In this document: piece by piece, positions 38,186-53,359 of the stretch
Position numbering within the stretch: the stretch's first letter is position 1
Layout of the letters: each line of letters begins with the position of its first letter
Sequence record: OP595146.1
DNA: 64,000 bases
Strand: one strand, 5' to 3'
From: Escherichia phage vB_EcoM_DE17
Program-made: the position numbers and the translations under genes
Notes under the pieces: generated by a model
Told to the model about the DNA's origin: nothing
The model's input: only the letters and a program-made list of their open reading frames with translations
The model's database searches: none

Positions 38186-39361
38186 TTAAGCTGTTCTCTG
38201 CCACACATATACTACAAAAGATGGCTGCTCAACACTGAAAGCTTGACCACCACCAACAGAACCAGATGTCCCTGAGTGTGTATGCTCAGAGCTAGAAACA
38301 GTAACAGTGCCCGTATGACTGTGTGAACCAATATTGACAGTGTGGCTGTGAGCACCAATTGCAACAGTATGACTATGAGCACCAGATGATGCAGTTGTAC
38401 CTGAGAAGCTATGGGTGTGAGCACCAGCTAAGTCAGTATATGAAGCATTACCAACCCCAGCATCAGCAGATGCGGTAATAGCATTTGACCCACTTCTATC
38501 ATTACCCCTCAGAGGTACTCTATGGTTGTGGTTACCAGCATTACTTGTCGTTCCACTAAATGTGTGGGTGTGAGCACCAGCACTGTTAGTTGCCTTCGTA
38601 CCGTAGTCAAAAGTTGATGTACTCTTTGAACCATAATCAAAACTAGAGATAGATACACTTGCAGAGTGTGTATGACCACCCCCTGTTAGATAGATAGAGT
38701 GAGTATGTGCTGGTAAATTGTTATTTGTCAATACTACAGTCTGAGAACCAAAAGTTGAACCAACAGGTCTAGAATCTGTATCATAACCAACCAGTGCTCT
38801 ACCTTTAGAAACTAACTCCCAAGTACCTCCACAAAGCAAGTAAGTGGATGGGTTGGCAGAGTTAACAGATAGGTGAATAGTCCCTACTGGATATGATGCT
38901 TGAATAGCTTTGTATAAATTATTCACTGCTCTCGCGGTAGCGTACTTATCAGCATCTTCATTGTACAGATTAGATGTTGTCCAGTTCTGAACATTACTTA
39001 AACCTACCTGTGCTTTCGTTGTATTGTGTGGGTTACTTTTGTCGTCAATATGTTGCTGAATTGAGTTATTCACTTCTTCTGACGACATAATTTGTAGATT
39101 TGCTCTTGCCTCAGCAACATTCACAATGTCTGACAAGTTATTGGCTGCAACTAATTGGAGAGAGTTAATAACATTATCAAGACCCACTTGTGATTTAGTT
39201 ACACCATGAGGATTATTCCTCAGAGATGCGTGAGGTGCTAACAACTGTTCAAGCGTACATCTTTTATCCTCAACACCTTGCTTAAGGTGGAAGATATCAC
39301 TTAAATCAACTGGTAAGGCCGCTTGTGGCAAGGCACTAATTTGAATTTCACCTACTGCCAT
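38186..39361 (-). CDS. tail fibre protein 2 with His-x-His-rich C-terminal tip
   Basis: 391 aa; repeated AHTHS/GAHSHTV/GSHSHTG motifs; C-terminal ~20 aa resemble those of 35782..38139. Confidence 0.8.
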   Translation of the reverse strand: MAVGEIQISALPQAALPVDLSDIFHLKQGVEDKRCTLEQLLAPHASLRNNPHGVTKSQVGLDNVINSLQLVAANNLSDIVNVAEARANLQIMSSEEVNNSIQQHIDDKSNPHNTTKAQVGLSNVQNWTTSNLYNEDADKYATARAVNNLYKAIQASYPVGTIHLSVNSANPSTYLLCGGTWELVSKGRALVGYDTDSRPVGSTFGSQTVVLTNNNLPAHTHSIYLTGGGHTHSASVSISSFDYGSKSTSTFDYGTKATNSAGAHTHTFSGTTSNAGNHNHRVPLRGNDRSGSNAITASADAGVGNASYTDLAGAHTHSFSGTTASSGAHSHTVAIGAHSHTVNIGSHSHTGTVTVSSSEHTHSGTSGSVGGGQAFSVEQPSFVVYVWQRTA

Positions 39362-39363
39362 TA

Positions 39364-39666
39364 TTAAGCTCCTACATATTCATATGTGTAAAGGTTTCCT
39401 GTACTTGTTGATGCAGTCCCTGTCTCAGATTTAATCAGATTCCAGCCATTAGCCACTAAATCTGGTTGCTCAGTTGCATATGAGCGAACTTCACCAACAG
39501 TGCCGTTTACTTTATTAAGCAGGTAGTTGATAATATAGTTGAACCACTGCCTACCCATAGGTTCACCCTTTAAAAGACCTGTCTCTTGAACTTCCGGTGG
39601 TGGTAAAACTTTTAACTGGTTACCATCAGTATCTACTTCATTTGTAGACCAATTTAAAACTGCCAT
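39364..39666 (-). CDS. hypothetical tail-associated protein
   Basis: 100 aa between baseplate and fibre genes. Confidence 0.45.
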   Translation of the reverse strand: MAVLNWSTNEVDTDGNQLKVLPPPEVQETGLLKGEPMGRQWFNYIINYLLNKVNGTVGEVRSYATEQPDLVANGWNLIKSETGTASTSTGNLYTYEYVGA

Positions 39667-40520
39667 TAAGAATTTCCTTCTTGTTGTGATTTATCTTTTC
39701 TGCCTTTGACAATTTGTGCAACCTCAGCCATGATTCCATATGCACCACCTGCAATAGCTTCTTTACCAACGATGAAATAGCCACTATTATTGGACCTATC
39801 TACAGTCATATAATCATCACTCTGTGAGTTTGCTGTTCTGTCAACCCTAAAGTAACCATCAATAACACCAGCATCTGCAAGACTACCTACTAAGTTGGAT
39901 TCCAGAGAGCCACCAGTGTTATTTGTGACAAGACCTCTGTTAGCATCAGTTACAAACCAGTTCTCTTTATCATCAACAATAGCAAGTGATGAATCAGCAA
40001 CCTCTACAGGAGTCCAAGCAGTTCCATTTAAAGTAACATCTCTTAAGATGACAGCGGAGCCAGTAGTTGTTGCAGAAATCTTTGACAATGTATATGCAGC
40101 ATCTAGAACGCTTTTTCTAGTGTTGATACGGATAACGATACCACCAGTCTTAGGAGTAATATGCTCAAAAATCTGAGAGAAAGTTGCACCATATAGCGTC
40201 ATAATTGCTTTTTGCAAGAATGTTGGGGTGGTGTCAGAGCGTCTTAGGAAGATTTGGATATAAAGCATAGCCCTATATGTTTCATCATCTGCACCTAAAG
40301 GTCTAGGAACTTTAATCAGTGAGCCAATGTTATCAAGTTGTTGGCCTACTGACGTCCTGATATTTCTCTCTGTGTGCATCTGCCAGCAAACATCCTCTAG
40401 AGTTTGTAATTCATCAGTGATTGCTTTCAAGATACTTGTATAGATAAATTTATCTTTAAACTGTGTTACAGTCCTTTCATCAAGTGTTTTGTAATAAACA
40501 CTATCAATCTTTTCAAACAT
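39666..40520 (-). CDS. putative baseplate/tail-fibre attachment protein
   Basis: Position between J-like baseplate gene and fibres; no motif confirmed. Confidence 0.45.
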   Translation of the reverse strand: MFEKIDSVYYKTLDERTVTQFKDKFIYTSILKAITDELQTLEDVCWQMHTERNIRTSVGQQLDNIGSLIKVPRPLGADDETYRAMLYIQIFLRRSDTTPTFLQKAIMTLYGATFSQIFEHITPKTGGIVIRINTRKSVLDAAYTLSKISATTTGSAVILRDVTLNGTAWTPVEVADSSLAIVDDKENWFVTDANRGLVTNNTGGSLESNLVGSLADAGVIDGYFRVDRTANSQSDDYMTVDRSNNSGYFIVGKEAIAGGAYGIMAEVAQIVKGRKDKSQQEGNS

Positions 40521-40522
40521 TA

Positions 40523-41991
40523 TTACTCCTTAGTGATGGTATACTGGCTGCTTTCCCAAACAGTATATTGGTCACCGTCAACAGTAATTCTTGCTGTAGT
40601 ATACTGCCCGTCACTAGGTGGGACTGATTGACTGTTTGATAAGGCTACTTTAACCTCATTAATCTCAATACCTTTAATTACGTCATAGATATATCCATAG
40701 ATTCTGTTAGGGATAACATCATTACCAACCTTAAGAGTTCTCCCATAAGCATTAATACCTTGTACAATGCTGTCTCTGATATCCTCTTCAGGGATTGTCA
40801 AGCTTTCTTCATCATATAAAGAGTAAGAGACTTTAACAAATGCGTATTTTGGTGTTGGTCTGCTAAAATAAATATTATGTGCCAAACCACCTAAATCATG
40901 GGCTGTACCAAAAATTGAGCCATAAGCCCTAATACCAGCAGGTTTTGTATCCCAGATTGCTTGAGCAACATTATCATTTTGACCACCAACTACAACAATC
41001 TTAAAAGATTTTGGTGGAAGACCTTCTGAGCTTGTCTCTTCAGTATCATTCTCAACACCTGAAGCATCTGAGACACCTTGAACTCTTTTAACAGCAGCTA
41101 CAATTGCATCCAAAGTCCCTACACCAGTAACTGCTAAAGATTCTAAATATCTCTGTCTAAGTTCTGTGTCAGTTTCTTCGTTTCTACCAGTTGTTAAGTC
41201 ATACCTGTTATAAATACTGTCAAGACCATCAACAGTTGTCTCAATCTCAATAAGCGTACCAGCCAAAGCAGGGGTAGCACCAACCTCTTCAGCTACTACA
41301 TCTGAAATAGTTGTAATTTTTGTAAAGGTCAGAAATGTTGTTGCAGTGACAACCATAGGGTTTGTTCTTGCAATGATATCACCCTCTTCTTTATAGACTC
41401 TTAGTGAGGCTCCATCATTAATGACTTCTGCTTTTGCTACAATACCACCATTAATAGCTTCTGCTAATTTTGTTAGAAGCGTGGTGATTGTGTCTGATGA
41501 GGTTGGTTTATATGAGAAAATGACGTTATCAATAATAATAACATAATCTGCATCAGTTCGTAAAGAGTTAACTTCAAGGATAGCTTCAACACAATATGAT
41601 GGAGTAAGGGTAATATTATTAACTGGATAAAAGATGTTTCCGGCAGTACTTCTTAATCTTGTTGTTGAAGGAATGGTAGCACCAGTCGTTCCAGTAAACT
41701 CAACTTGACCTCTTGTTGCCTGAGCAACATATCTGTATACCGCATTTAAAGCTGTAATATCATCAAGGTTAAAGCCTTCAGCCTTATCAATTGTACCCCC
41801 ATCGTAGATTTCTGATAGAATCTCATGAGTATCTGCTAAAGACCTTGCAATTGAAGCTAGGAAGAGTCCTAATTGGCTATCTTCAGAAACGTCAAGGTTG
41901 GGTGAAATATCTCTAAGAAGTCTTGATTTGATATTATCAAAAATCTCCTGATATCTTAGAGTTTGTAATCCTGTTGTAGTTAATCCTGCCA

Positions 41992-41992
<1 letters not shown>
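40523..41992 (-). CDS. putative baseplate J-like protein
   Basis: 489 aa; size and position in baseplate block; assignment by synteny. Confidence 0.5.
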
Positions 41993-47376
<5,384 letters not shown>

Positions 47377-47377
<1 letters not shown>

Positions 47378-47616
47378 TACATTTTTCCTGCTCTTCTAAG
47401 TTCGTTGTAAGCAATTTCCTCTTTATACGACCTCTGAATCTCAAGAAATTGTCTCAATGATAATAAATCAGAGAATGTCATAGCAAAGAGTTGGTCAAGT
47501 GTTTCTTTACACCCTTCCATACCATAAATAGCAAGCACAAATTTCATCTCGTCTGCTTCTTCATAGGTTGCCTCTACAGCAGCATCAGTCAGTGGTGTCT
47601 GTAGAGTGTTACCCAT
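47377..47616 (-). CDS. putative tail assembly chaperone
   Basis: 79-aa acidic protein just upstream of tape measure. Confidence 0.4.
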
Positions 47617-47618
47617 GT

Positions 47619-48017
47619 TTACTGAGAAGTTAGGCTTTTGAAAATGCTTGCTTCGAAAAAACTTCCGAAGTTTGCCTCCAGCGCAAATGCTAAGTAATCA
47701 ATAAATTCACCATAGTTTGCTTGGAAGTATGTATCAATATTAAGTGGGAAGTCATCAACAGTTGCCCCTTGAAATAACAGGGTAGCCATTTCTTCAAGGT
47801 TAATTTCTTCAATTCTGTCAAAACAAGCTTCAACAAGTTCTTTAAATGGAACCATTGGAGCTTCTTTCTTATCTTTATCAGTCAGGCTTGACAGCATCTG
47901 TGCAAATGTTGGAACAACAATTTTACCCAACTTCATAGACATCTTAATACCATCTCTTGCCCCAAGCAGAACGATATTTACTTTCTTACCATTAATTACT
48001 CTAGATTCTGTTTTCAT
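47619..48017 (-). CDS. putative tail assembly chaperone
   Basis: 132 aa between tube and tape measure. Confidence 0.45.
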   Translation of the reverse strand: MKTESRVINGKKVNIVLLGARDGIKMSMKLGKIVVPTFAQMLSSLTDKDKKEAPMVPFKELVEACFDRIEEINLEEMATLLFQGATVDDFPLNIDTYFQANYGEFIDYLAFALEANFGSFFEASIFKSLTSQ

Positions 48018-48052
48018 TGTGATTCCTTAATACTTTTAAAAGAAACAAAAAA

Positions 48053-48077
48053 GGGGAAGACCTTTTAAAGTCTCCCC
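48053..48077 (-). terminator. strong intrinsic terminator after tail tube gene
   Basis: Minus strand GGGGAGAC-TTTAAAAG-GTCTTCCCC followed by TTTTTTGTTTCTTTT. Confidence 0.65.
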
Positions 48078-48090
48078 CTTATAGGATTTA

Positions 48091-48537
48091 TTAAACACTT
48101 GACGCTGGAATTGTAGAAGTGTAGTCTAGCTTCTCACAACCAAAAATCCAAGTTTTAGAGTTCTGGTCACGACCAAGTTCAATCTGTGGTAATTCCTGCA
48201 ACCAAGCATTAATACCAGTTGCCAGAACAGAGCCTGATGGGTCGTAGATTACGAAGTTAGAAGAGATATCTTCTTCAAGTTCCATATTGTCTTGTTTAGC
48301 TTGAATTGCAGAAAGCATCTGATTAGAGAGAGAAGTCTGCATTAGCTCAATCTCAATAGTACCTGTCTTGTCTGCATTTCTTGTCAGAGCAACCTGACCA
48401 CCTGCACCTACAACTGGTGTCACAAGTGGTGATGTTCTCTGTAGACGTAAGAATGAGTCTGGGGCAAAGCCTTCAATGGCAATACCATTCCAGCTACACA
48501 CAACGTCTTTAGGGGAATATTGCTGATACATAGCCAT
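48091..48537 (-). CDS. tail tube protein
   Basis: 148 aa directly downstream of sheath; followed by a strong terminator. Confidence 0.6.
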   Translation of the reverse strand: MAMYQQYSPKDVVCSWNGIAIEGFAPDSFLRLQRTSPLVTPVVGAGGQVALTRNADKTGTIEIELMQTSLSNQMLSAIQAKQDNMELEEDISSNFVIYDPSGSVLATGINAWLQELPQIELGRDQNSKTWIFGCEKLDYTSTIPASSV

Positions 48538-48552
48538 TCCAATTTACCTCTA

Positions 48553-49905
48553 TTATTCGTAAGCCACTGTACCTTTCAAGTCAACATCCAAGATAGCCCC
48601 TGCCAAGATACCTGCGAAGGTAACATCTTTCAGGATACGAGCTTTCTTGTCTGCCAAAGCAACTTGAGAGGCTTTAGGAACATTAACTGTGTAAGATGAC
48701 AGGAAGTTTCTGTTGACTGCTCTTTGCAGAGAGGTTTCAATGACTTGACGAATACGGGTAATACCAGTATCATCATAAGTAATCTTACCACCCTTCTGGT
48801 TAATTAGCAAGTCTCTCAGAGAAGTTTTCAGGTCTGATTCTAACCAGTCAACACCACGGATGATATCAATCCATTCCCCACCAGAAGTAATCCCTCTACG
48901 AACCACTGGAACACCACCATCAAGGTCAATAAAGTTACAGTGACGTGCATCTAAAGCTGACTTCTGAATACTTGTCAGAGGTCTCTGATTAGATGGCTGT
49001 AGAGAAGCAGCTACACCAGTTAACTGTGCGTTACCCCAAGCAATTGAACCTGCATCATACGGAGCACCATAAGCAATATAAGCCATTTCTGGATAGTCTT
49101 CTGCTGCTGTGTGATGCCACAAGCAAACTGTACGAGTGTACTGATTCTTAGCAAGCTGTGCTGGAACATCATTTGCACTCGCTAATTCTGTACCTTGCAG
49201 TGCTGCTACATCGGAGTTAGCTGTAAAGAAAATCTTCTTACGAGCTTGAATCTCAGAAGCCATTGCTAAGACAAACTGTTGAGTTCTGTCTTCTGCTGCA
49301 ATGAAATACCAGTCAGTTGAATACGCTTCAATAGCTGCCAGAGCAGTCGATGCTGTGTCAGCAGTTGTGCTTGCAATTGACACTGTTTGTGCTGTAGTAG
49401 TAACCTTCACGAAGTCGTTGACACCAGCTTTGGTGATTACCATTGTTGCTGAACCGCCAGCACCAGTTACATTGACAGTAACAAGGTCTTTTACAGAAGG
49501 TTCTGCTTCAATCTGAGTTTTAAGCTGCTGTAGCACCTTCTCAGCAGTATCTTCTGACTGTGAAGTGTACTGGAATGGCTGAGAAACTCCACCGCTCACA
49601 GCTACAGTTAAAGAATAGTCGGTGCTCTCAGTAACCTCATCAGGAATTGATACAGTGTACTGCATAGCACGTCTACCAATATAAAGCTGAGTTACTTTAG
49701 GAGTCTGACTCCAAAGTTGTTTAGCAGCCTTATATGCAGCAGAATTTTCATCGAAATCTTCAGCAACTTCAGTTAAGGAAGTGTAACCACGGACTCTTTC
49801 TTCAAAGTTATCTGTTGAAGCTAAAAATAGTGGCAGCCCAAAACCTTCTCTTGTAGTTCCTGCGGTGTTCAATGTAATATCTACATTAACAATTGGATTC
49901 CACAT
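48553..49905 (-). CDS. tail sheath protein
   Basis: 450 aa; position upstream of tube. Confidence 0.7.
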   Translation of the reverse strand: MWNPIVNVDITLNTAGTTREGFGLPLFLASTDNFEERVRGYTSLTEVAEDFDENSAAYKAAKQLWSQTPKVTQLYIGRRAMQYTVSIPDEVTESTDYSLTVAVSGGVSQPFQYTSQSEDTAEKVLQQLKTQIEAEPSVKDLVTVNVTGAGGSATMVITKAGVNDFVKVTTTAQTVSIASTTADTASTALAAIEAYSTDWYFIAAEDRTQQFVLAMASEIQARKKIFFTANSDVAALQGTELASANDVPAQLAKNQYTRTVCLWHHTAAEDYPEMAYIAYGAPYDAGSIAWGNAQLTGVAASLQPSNQRPLTSIQKSALDARHCNFIDLDGGVPVVRRGITSGGEWIDIIRGVDWLESDLKTSLRDLLINQKGGKITYDDTGITRIRQVIETSLQRAVNRNFLSSYTVNVPKASQVALADKKARILKDVTFAGILAGAILDVDLKGTVAYE

Positions 49906-50505
49906 TTATTTTACCCCTTTGGAGTCTACATCTAGATGGATAGTATATTCTGGTGGCTCTTGTCCTTCTTCGTAAACTAATTCACCATCAACAATGACAC
50001 GCTCAATAATACTTCCACGTTCATCTTTCAGGACTGAATTTTTTACAAGAGTTACAACAAGAGGTGCAGAATTTTCGAAATCTGTATTAAGATAAGTGTA
50101 GTCATTTGGGATAGCTCCAGTGTCTAAAACTGTAGCTCCTGTCTCTTCAAGAATTAAATCTCTGACTGAACTCATCTCTAATCGTTGTTTAAGCTCAAGC
50201 ATAATACTGTGAGCACCTTTACCATTTACCGTAATTAATACTGGAATCTGAAAAGCAATTCTGTAGCAAACTACATCATCCTCAACAAACTTATCAAGAA
50301 CCCAACCATAAGGTGTTGCAGCATCTTGACAATATACGGTAATAAATGGCTGGTCAGGTTTTAAACCTTTGTCATTTGAGTTATCAGAAGGGTAAGCTCT
50401 AATTACATTTGGTCTATTATTTTTATCACGAGCTAGTCTGTGACCAATAACATCCACTAAGGTTCTAACTAGACCTTTTTCAAGTTCTGCTGTTTCTAAC
50501 TGCAT
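49906..50505 (-). CDS. hypothetical head-tail joining / tail completion protein
   Basis: 199 aa between capsid module and sheath. Confidence 0.4.
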   Translation of the reverse strand: MQLETAELEKGLVRTLVDVIGHRLARDKNNRPNVIRAYPSDNSNDKGLKPDQPFITVYCQDAATPYGWVLDKFVEDDVVCYRIAFQIPVLITVNGKGAHSIMLELKQRLEMSSVRDLILEETGATVLDTGAIPNDYTYLNTDFENSAPLVVTLVKNSVLKDERGSIIERVIVDGELVYEEGQEPPEYTIHLDVDSKGVK

Positions 50506-50881
50506 TCATTTTATCCCTTCTAATAATGATATATTCATAATGGGATGTATGGGCTAATTGCTGTGACCAATCCATAGTCATAAATACTTCATACTCATGA
50601 CCATCAATCATAACAATGTCAGACTCATTCCACTCTACATCATCTGAAGTTCTAAGTTTATATGTGGTATACAGGATTCTTGTATCGGTAAGTCTGATAC
50701 CTTCCGGTAAAGCAATCTGTGTACCATTCTTTACAGAACCTTTGATATATGGCTGGATATTACCTTTACAGTTAACCTCTACAATATCTTGTGAAGCTAC
50801 CCAATCACCATCATCATTGTAATAACCATCTTCAGAGGCTTTGCGCTTTACTACAAAGCTGTGTCTGTTTAAGAGTCTCAT
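50480..50881 (-). CDS. hypothetical neck protein
   Basis: 133 aa. Confidence 0.4.
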   Translation of the reverse strand: MRLLNRHSFVVKRKASEDGYYNDDGDWVASQDIVEVNCKGNIQPYIKGSVKNGTQIALPEGIRLTDTRILYTTYKLRTSDDVEWNESDIVMIDGHEYEVFMTMDWSQQLAHTSHYEYIIIRRDKMNAVRNSRT

Positions 50882-51360
50882 TTTTTAATACCCTTCTTAG
50901 TAGAAATTTTATAAGCAAGGTTATCCCTTAAGTCACCTGTCTCAACAAGAGGTGCATTAAAGCCTTTTTTCTTGACTGTGGAAGGTGCGTTAGGAGGGAG
51001 GATAGCAGAATTACCAAAACCTCTTTTAATTGCCTTTTGAGCATTCTTTGCAAATGCTTCTAAGGTATTTGAAGGGTCTGTGTTGAGACTGCTAAGTTGC
51101 TTATATAGATTCTTCTTAGTCTGCTCTAACAAGGTCTGTTTGTTTAGCATCATAGTGATTTCAAACAACCTACGATATACTTTACCAGAAGCTGAGGGAA
51201 CCCCAATAACTTCTTGCAAATACATTAAAGCAGGATAAGAAAAACCAGAGCTATGTTGACCTTGTTCTTGAAAATACCCAACTTGAGCATTAGCCGTTTG
51301 CAAGTTCTTCATAGCCCCGACTAATTTTGCTCTAGCGGGGTGAATAACCCTTTTAACCAT
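50878..51360 (-). CDS. hypothetical neck/head completion protein
   Basis: 160 aa. Confidence 0.4.
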   Translation of the reverse strand: MVKRVIHPARAKLVGAMKNLQTANAQVGYFQEQGQHSSGFSYPALMYLQEVIGVPSASGKVYRRLFEITMMLNKQTLLEQTKKNLYKQLSSLNTDPSNTLEAFAKNAQKAIKRGFGNSAILPPNAPSTVKKKGFNAPLVETGDLRDNLAYKISTKKGIKK

Positions 51361-51809
51361 TATTCATCTCGCTCGATAATAAATACGCCATTAACACGGT
51401 TGCAGTAATCTCTGCCTTCGTATCTGGCAGCATCACCATATTCTGTGTATTTCTTGACAGAGCAAGGATTCTGACGACGCATATCAATATCGCACTGGTT
51501 AATACCACCTGCATAGGGTAGTCCTGAAACAGAGCTTTTAACAAGGTCATCATAAACAGCTTTCAGAGATTTGAATCTGGAAGAGTTACGTAAATAAACA
51601 CCACCAACCTTCTCATCTCCCATCTTGGCTACTTGAAAGAGTAAATATTTAAGAGCTTTGATGGCTGCTTTCTTTTCATCCTTTCCAGATTCTAGATAGA
51701 ACCACTCTAGCACAGACTGTTCAATAAGAATTTCATCATTATTGGTGTCTGTGCAGAGGATTCTTACTCTATCAAGAGGGTTATTGGCTGGGTCGCCTGT
51801 ATAACACAT
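51360..51809 (-). CDS. hypothetical head-tail connector protein
   Basis: 149 aa directly downstream of capsid gene. Confidence 0.4.
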   Translation of the reverse strand: MCYTGDPANNPLDRVRILCTDTNNDEILIEQSVLEWFYLESGKDEKKAAIKALKYLLFQVAKMGDEKVGGVYLRNSSRFKSLKAVYDDLVKSSVSGLPYAGGINQCDIDMRRQNPCSVKKYTEYGDAARYEGRDYCNRVNGVFIIERDE

Positions 51810-51830
51810 TCATAACCCTCCTTAAGAATA

Positions 51831-52937
51831 TTATTCGTCTTTAGCGTCAGAACGAACGTCTACCAGCAACTGAGGACGAGTACAGTATGGCAGCATGTAA
51901 GAGTGAGCTTCAAAGTCAATACCTTCGTCACGGTCTTTTTCGTATTCGAATACGTACAGTTCCTGACCAAGTGTATTTGCGTAACCCATCTTAGGACATG
52001 GGCCATAAGCCACTTCGAAGATGTTGTTTGCTTCACCAAGCATAGAAACGTTAGGGAAAGCGTGTCCTACACCAACCTCTGCACCAGCACCATCAATGCT
52101 CACCAGAGTATGAACCTTACCACGCTTGTCTTTGAACTTACCGTTGTACTGGACAAACTTAACACCACCGTAGTAGAAGGTGTTCATGTGAGCCTGAACG
52201 CCGTCAGTACCACCAGTTCTCAGAGAACCAGTAATCTGTTGCCAAGCCAGTGGGGTCTGCTGTGCAAGATAGGCATCACGAATCTTAGGGTGTTTAGTCA
52301 GCTTGCTGAAGAATACACGGTCAACAACTACGTGAATTTCTTCACCGTTGATTACAGTGCCAGTCTTAGCTTCGTCTTCCATGTGCATACGCAGTTCTTC
52401 AATAGAAGCGTCGATGTCAGCATTAGGGTTGTCAAGGTCGAAATAAACAGTCTTCTTCTCAACGTCGAACTGCTTGTACAGGTCAGCATACAGAGTACCA
52501 CGAGCATCAACAACTTTACCCTTCAGAGCTTGCATAAACAGGAACTCACGAGTAATATCGAACTTGGTACGAATCTTCATCAGCTTCTTAGCACGTACTA
52601 CAGCTTCAGTAGTCAGTTCGTTTGCAGTGCCTGGCTGACGTACACCCTGAATTTCATCAGGAGTAATGCTTTCAACTTCTTTGAAGTACATCATTGGGAA
52701 GCTGATTTGACGAACACGCTCAGGTGCGCTAGTCTCTGCTTTACGGCTATCACGGTCTACCGCATCAAGCAAGCTAACATCCCAATCAGTCAAGTCCATA
52801 AGGAAAGTAGTTTGGGTGATTGGTGCTGAACGGAACAGACCTAAGTTGGAAATATACCCATAAGTATTTGGGATAGACTGGACTTCACCAGTCAGGTCAG
52901 CAAGGAAAAATCTGCTTTTTTCAGAATTAGTCAACAT
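51831..52937 (-). CDS. major capsid protein
   Basis: 368 aa; position after protease-scaffold and decoration genes; HK97-like size. Confidence 0.8.
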   Translation of the reverse strand: MLTNSEKSRFFLADLTGEVQSIPNTYGYISNLGLFRSAPITQTTFLMDLTDWDVSLLDAVDRDSRKAETSAPERVRQISFPMMYFKEVESITPDEIQGVRQPGTANELTTEAVVRAKKLMKIRTKFDITREFLFMQALKGKVVDARGTLYADLYKQFDVEKKTVYFDLDNPNADIDASIEELRMHMEDEAKTGTVINGEEIHVVVDRVFFSKLTKHPKIRDAYLAQQTPLAWQQITGSLRTGGTDGVQAHMNTFYYGGVKFVQYNGKFKDKRGKVHTLVSIDGAGAEVGVGHAFPNVSMLGEANNIFEVAYGPCPKMGYANTLGQELYVFEYEKDRDEGIDFEAHSYMLPYCTRPQLLVDVRSDAKDE

Positions 52938-52970
52938 TGTAAAATTCTCCAGAATGTCTTATTATTGTTA

Positions 52971-53348
52971 TTACAGGCCAGTTGGTACGAAATCGATACC
53001 TTTAGCAGCCAGAGCTGTCTTGACGCTCTCGGCATTAACACCAGACTCAAGAGTCAGCATGTCTTTCAGTTCTGCGTCACGGTAAATACCAACAACTTTC
53101 AACTGACCGTGGTAAGACAGTTGCAGGTCTGCATAAAAGTTAACGATACATACAGAATCAGCCTGAGCTTCTTCCCCTGCTGCAACTTTAGTACCATCTG
53201 CTTTCAGAACTTCACCTACACGATATTCTGTAGATGCCTGTGGGGTGTACTCTTTACGAGAGTGGCCTGTTGGGGTAACCTGTTCCCAAAGAATGATATC
53301 ATTCAGAGGTTCTCTTTTACCTAACTTAGTAAAACCTTGATATGCCAT
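52971..53348 (-). CDS. putative head decoration protein
   Basis: 125 aa between protease-scaffold and capsid, as lambda gpD sits. Confidence 0.5.
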   Translation of the reverse strand: MAYQGFTKLGKREPLNDIILWEQVTPTGHSRKEYTPQASTEYRVGEVLKADGTKVAAGEEAQADSVCIVNFYADLQLSYHGQLKVVGIYRDAELKDMLTLESGVNAESVKTALAAKGIDFVPTGL

Positions 53349-53359
53349 TATTGTGTTCC

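Noticed and set aside
51903-52829. 308-aa plus-strand ORF
   Set aside because: Antisense to the major capsid gene, which fits the co-directional structural operon; product is low-complexity.
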